From Psammoneis japonica (lineage: Eukaryota): a stretch of 64,000 nt of DNA. The notes under the pieces are model-generated. The model ran no database searches. It had not been told where the DNA came from and saw only the letters and a list, made by a program, of their open reading frames with translations. Positions 62,670 to 64,000 of the stretch are shown here, one piece after another. Location: contig QPGO01000097.1 of the NCBI GenBank assembly GCA_008632985.1, forward strand, positions 62,001 through 126,000. Direction: 5' to 3'. The position numbers and the translations under genes are program-made. Numbering within the stretch: position 1 is the first letter of the stretch; each line of letters opens with the position of its first letter.

Positions 62670-63143
62670 CTTGGTACGTACTTCTCTAAAGCTTTCAGGG
62701 GGATCAGAAGTTTGACAACTTCGAAAGCAATACCCACTTATAAGAAAGCTACGGTAGAGAGCAGCGCACAGCAAAGTAAACGCAGGTGTCCACCACCATT
62801 GAGATTGCGACGCAAGAGATAGACTCTAGTAGAGACGACTCGAGACGGTCGGATGACAGACAGTCAGTACAATTTGGCACGCACGAGCTCCGACTGAGTG
62901 GAGAGGCATACATAGAGTTCGCGAATAAATGACTTTTTTGAATTTTGAACGACTAAAAATATGGATGGCCGACGACTTTCCTGTAGAACTCAGTAGAAAT
63001 TCTACGACAAAATGTGACGAAGTCGGCACGACTTCTGCTCCGCGAAACTTGCAACCCACAACGAACATTTTTTTTCAATTTCATCGGTTGTACAGGTGTG
63101 CAAACAGTGGCTTGAATCTAAAGCACCGGTAGTCCGAATCAAG

Positions 63144-64000
63144 ATGAGGAAGCTGTTGACAAGAGCGATTTTCGCATGCTTTATTAGCTGGAGGATTTCA
63201 AGCGCTGCAAGTACGGATGATGGTGAAGAACAATGCCGTCGACACACGACATGTAAGTCATGGATAATCGTGTGTCTTACAACCGCCATTAGCTATGCTA
63301 AAAATCAGTGCTCAATACAATCTTTTTTGCATTTTGGATATTCAAGGCTCGTCCTGTACTACTGCAAGGTATGCCAGCAACGTGTATCAGGGACCCTTGG
63401 ACAGATATCAGAAAAACGCGGGTGGTTCAGGAACGGTCTTCGAAACGATACAGGATTTGCCGACGGACGATGGCCATCTGAGAGGTCGGGGAGGCCAAAC
63501 ATCACAAAATGAAGAGTTTCTTGTTCGATTTAATCGCGCGTTCCAAAGAGAGATTCCTTGCTATTGGTGCTCCTATGACAATTCCTGTCGGTCGGCTTTG
63601 GGCCAATACTCTTGTGGCGGGGTTTATGATTCCCCAGAGAATTCAACCTCGTCTTTTATATCTCAAATCAATCAAAAGAGCCTTTCAATACCACGACACT
63701 ATGAGTGCGACTGTCCATTAGCTCCAAATCCATATCCCAATGACCCTCCGTCCCTTCTCCCCAACTGGATGGGAGTCTTTCTAAACGAGACAGATGGGGT
63801 GTTCGGTTCATCCACTCTAATGGACATTTCGCTACCAGGAACCCATGATTCAATGACATATGATTTATCCTTGAGAATTTCGGACGATGCCATTGACAAC
63901 ATGACGATGCTGAATGATGTTCTCCACGCTGCAACGGGAGGCTTAGTAGACATTTTCCCCAATGATTTAGAAAATTTTCTCAGGTTACAGAGCAAGACGC
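63144..64000 (+). CDS. Secreted PI-PLC X-domain protein, runs off the window end (probable intron 63253 to about 63347)
   Basis: Signal-like MRKLLTRAIFACF, then a Cys-rich CSSCTT...CYWC segment, then NWMG...LMDISLPGTHDSMTYDL. Confidence 0.8.

Overview
Eukaryotic nuclear DNA, most likely a diatom (inferred from the short GT-AG introns, the host proteins and the diatom-style Copia/Gypsy elements). Three zones. (1) 1-7.96 kb: half of a palindromic repeat, a decayed Crypton-like fragment, an intact two-exon gene of about 1138 aa with a RanBP2 zinc finger, and a decayed gene. (2) About 8-52 kb: a nested island of dead transposons (two related Gypsy elements, a full-length Copia, a TRIM carrying a tRNA-like sequence, a CRE-like LINE, a pogo-like transposase, a Plavaka/CMC element, several MITEs and a 1.4-kb tandem array). 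(3) 52.4-64 kb: ordinary housekeeping genes (LSM6, GMD, TenA, succinyl-CoA ligase beta, TPM-RING protein, sulfotransferase, RPB5, PI-PLC X-domain protein). The main signal is that the transposon island has lost almost every TpA dinucleotide, converted to TpG or CpA on both strands. Conserved tyrosines read Cys or His, a GTAAGT splice donor reads GCAAGC, and TTAA/TA target sites read TCAA/TG, while neighbouring host genes are untouched. This looks like a repeat-directed A:T-to-G:C hypermutation process, the mirror image of fungal RIP. The mechanism cannot be seen in this window. All counts were made by eye and no database searches were run.
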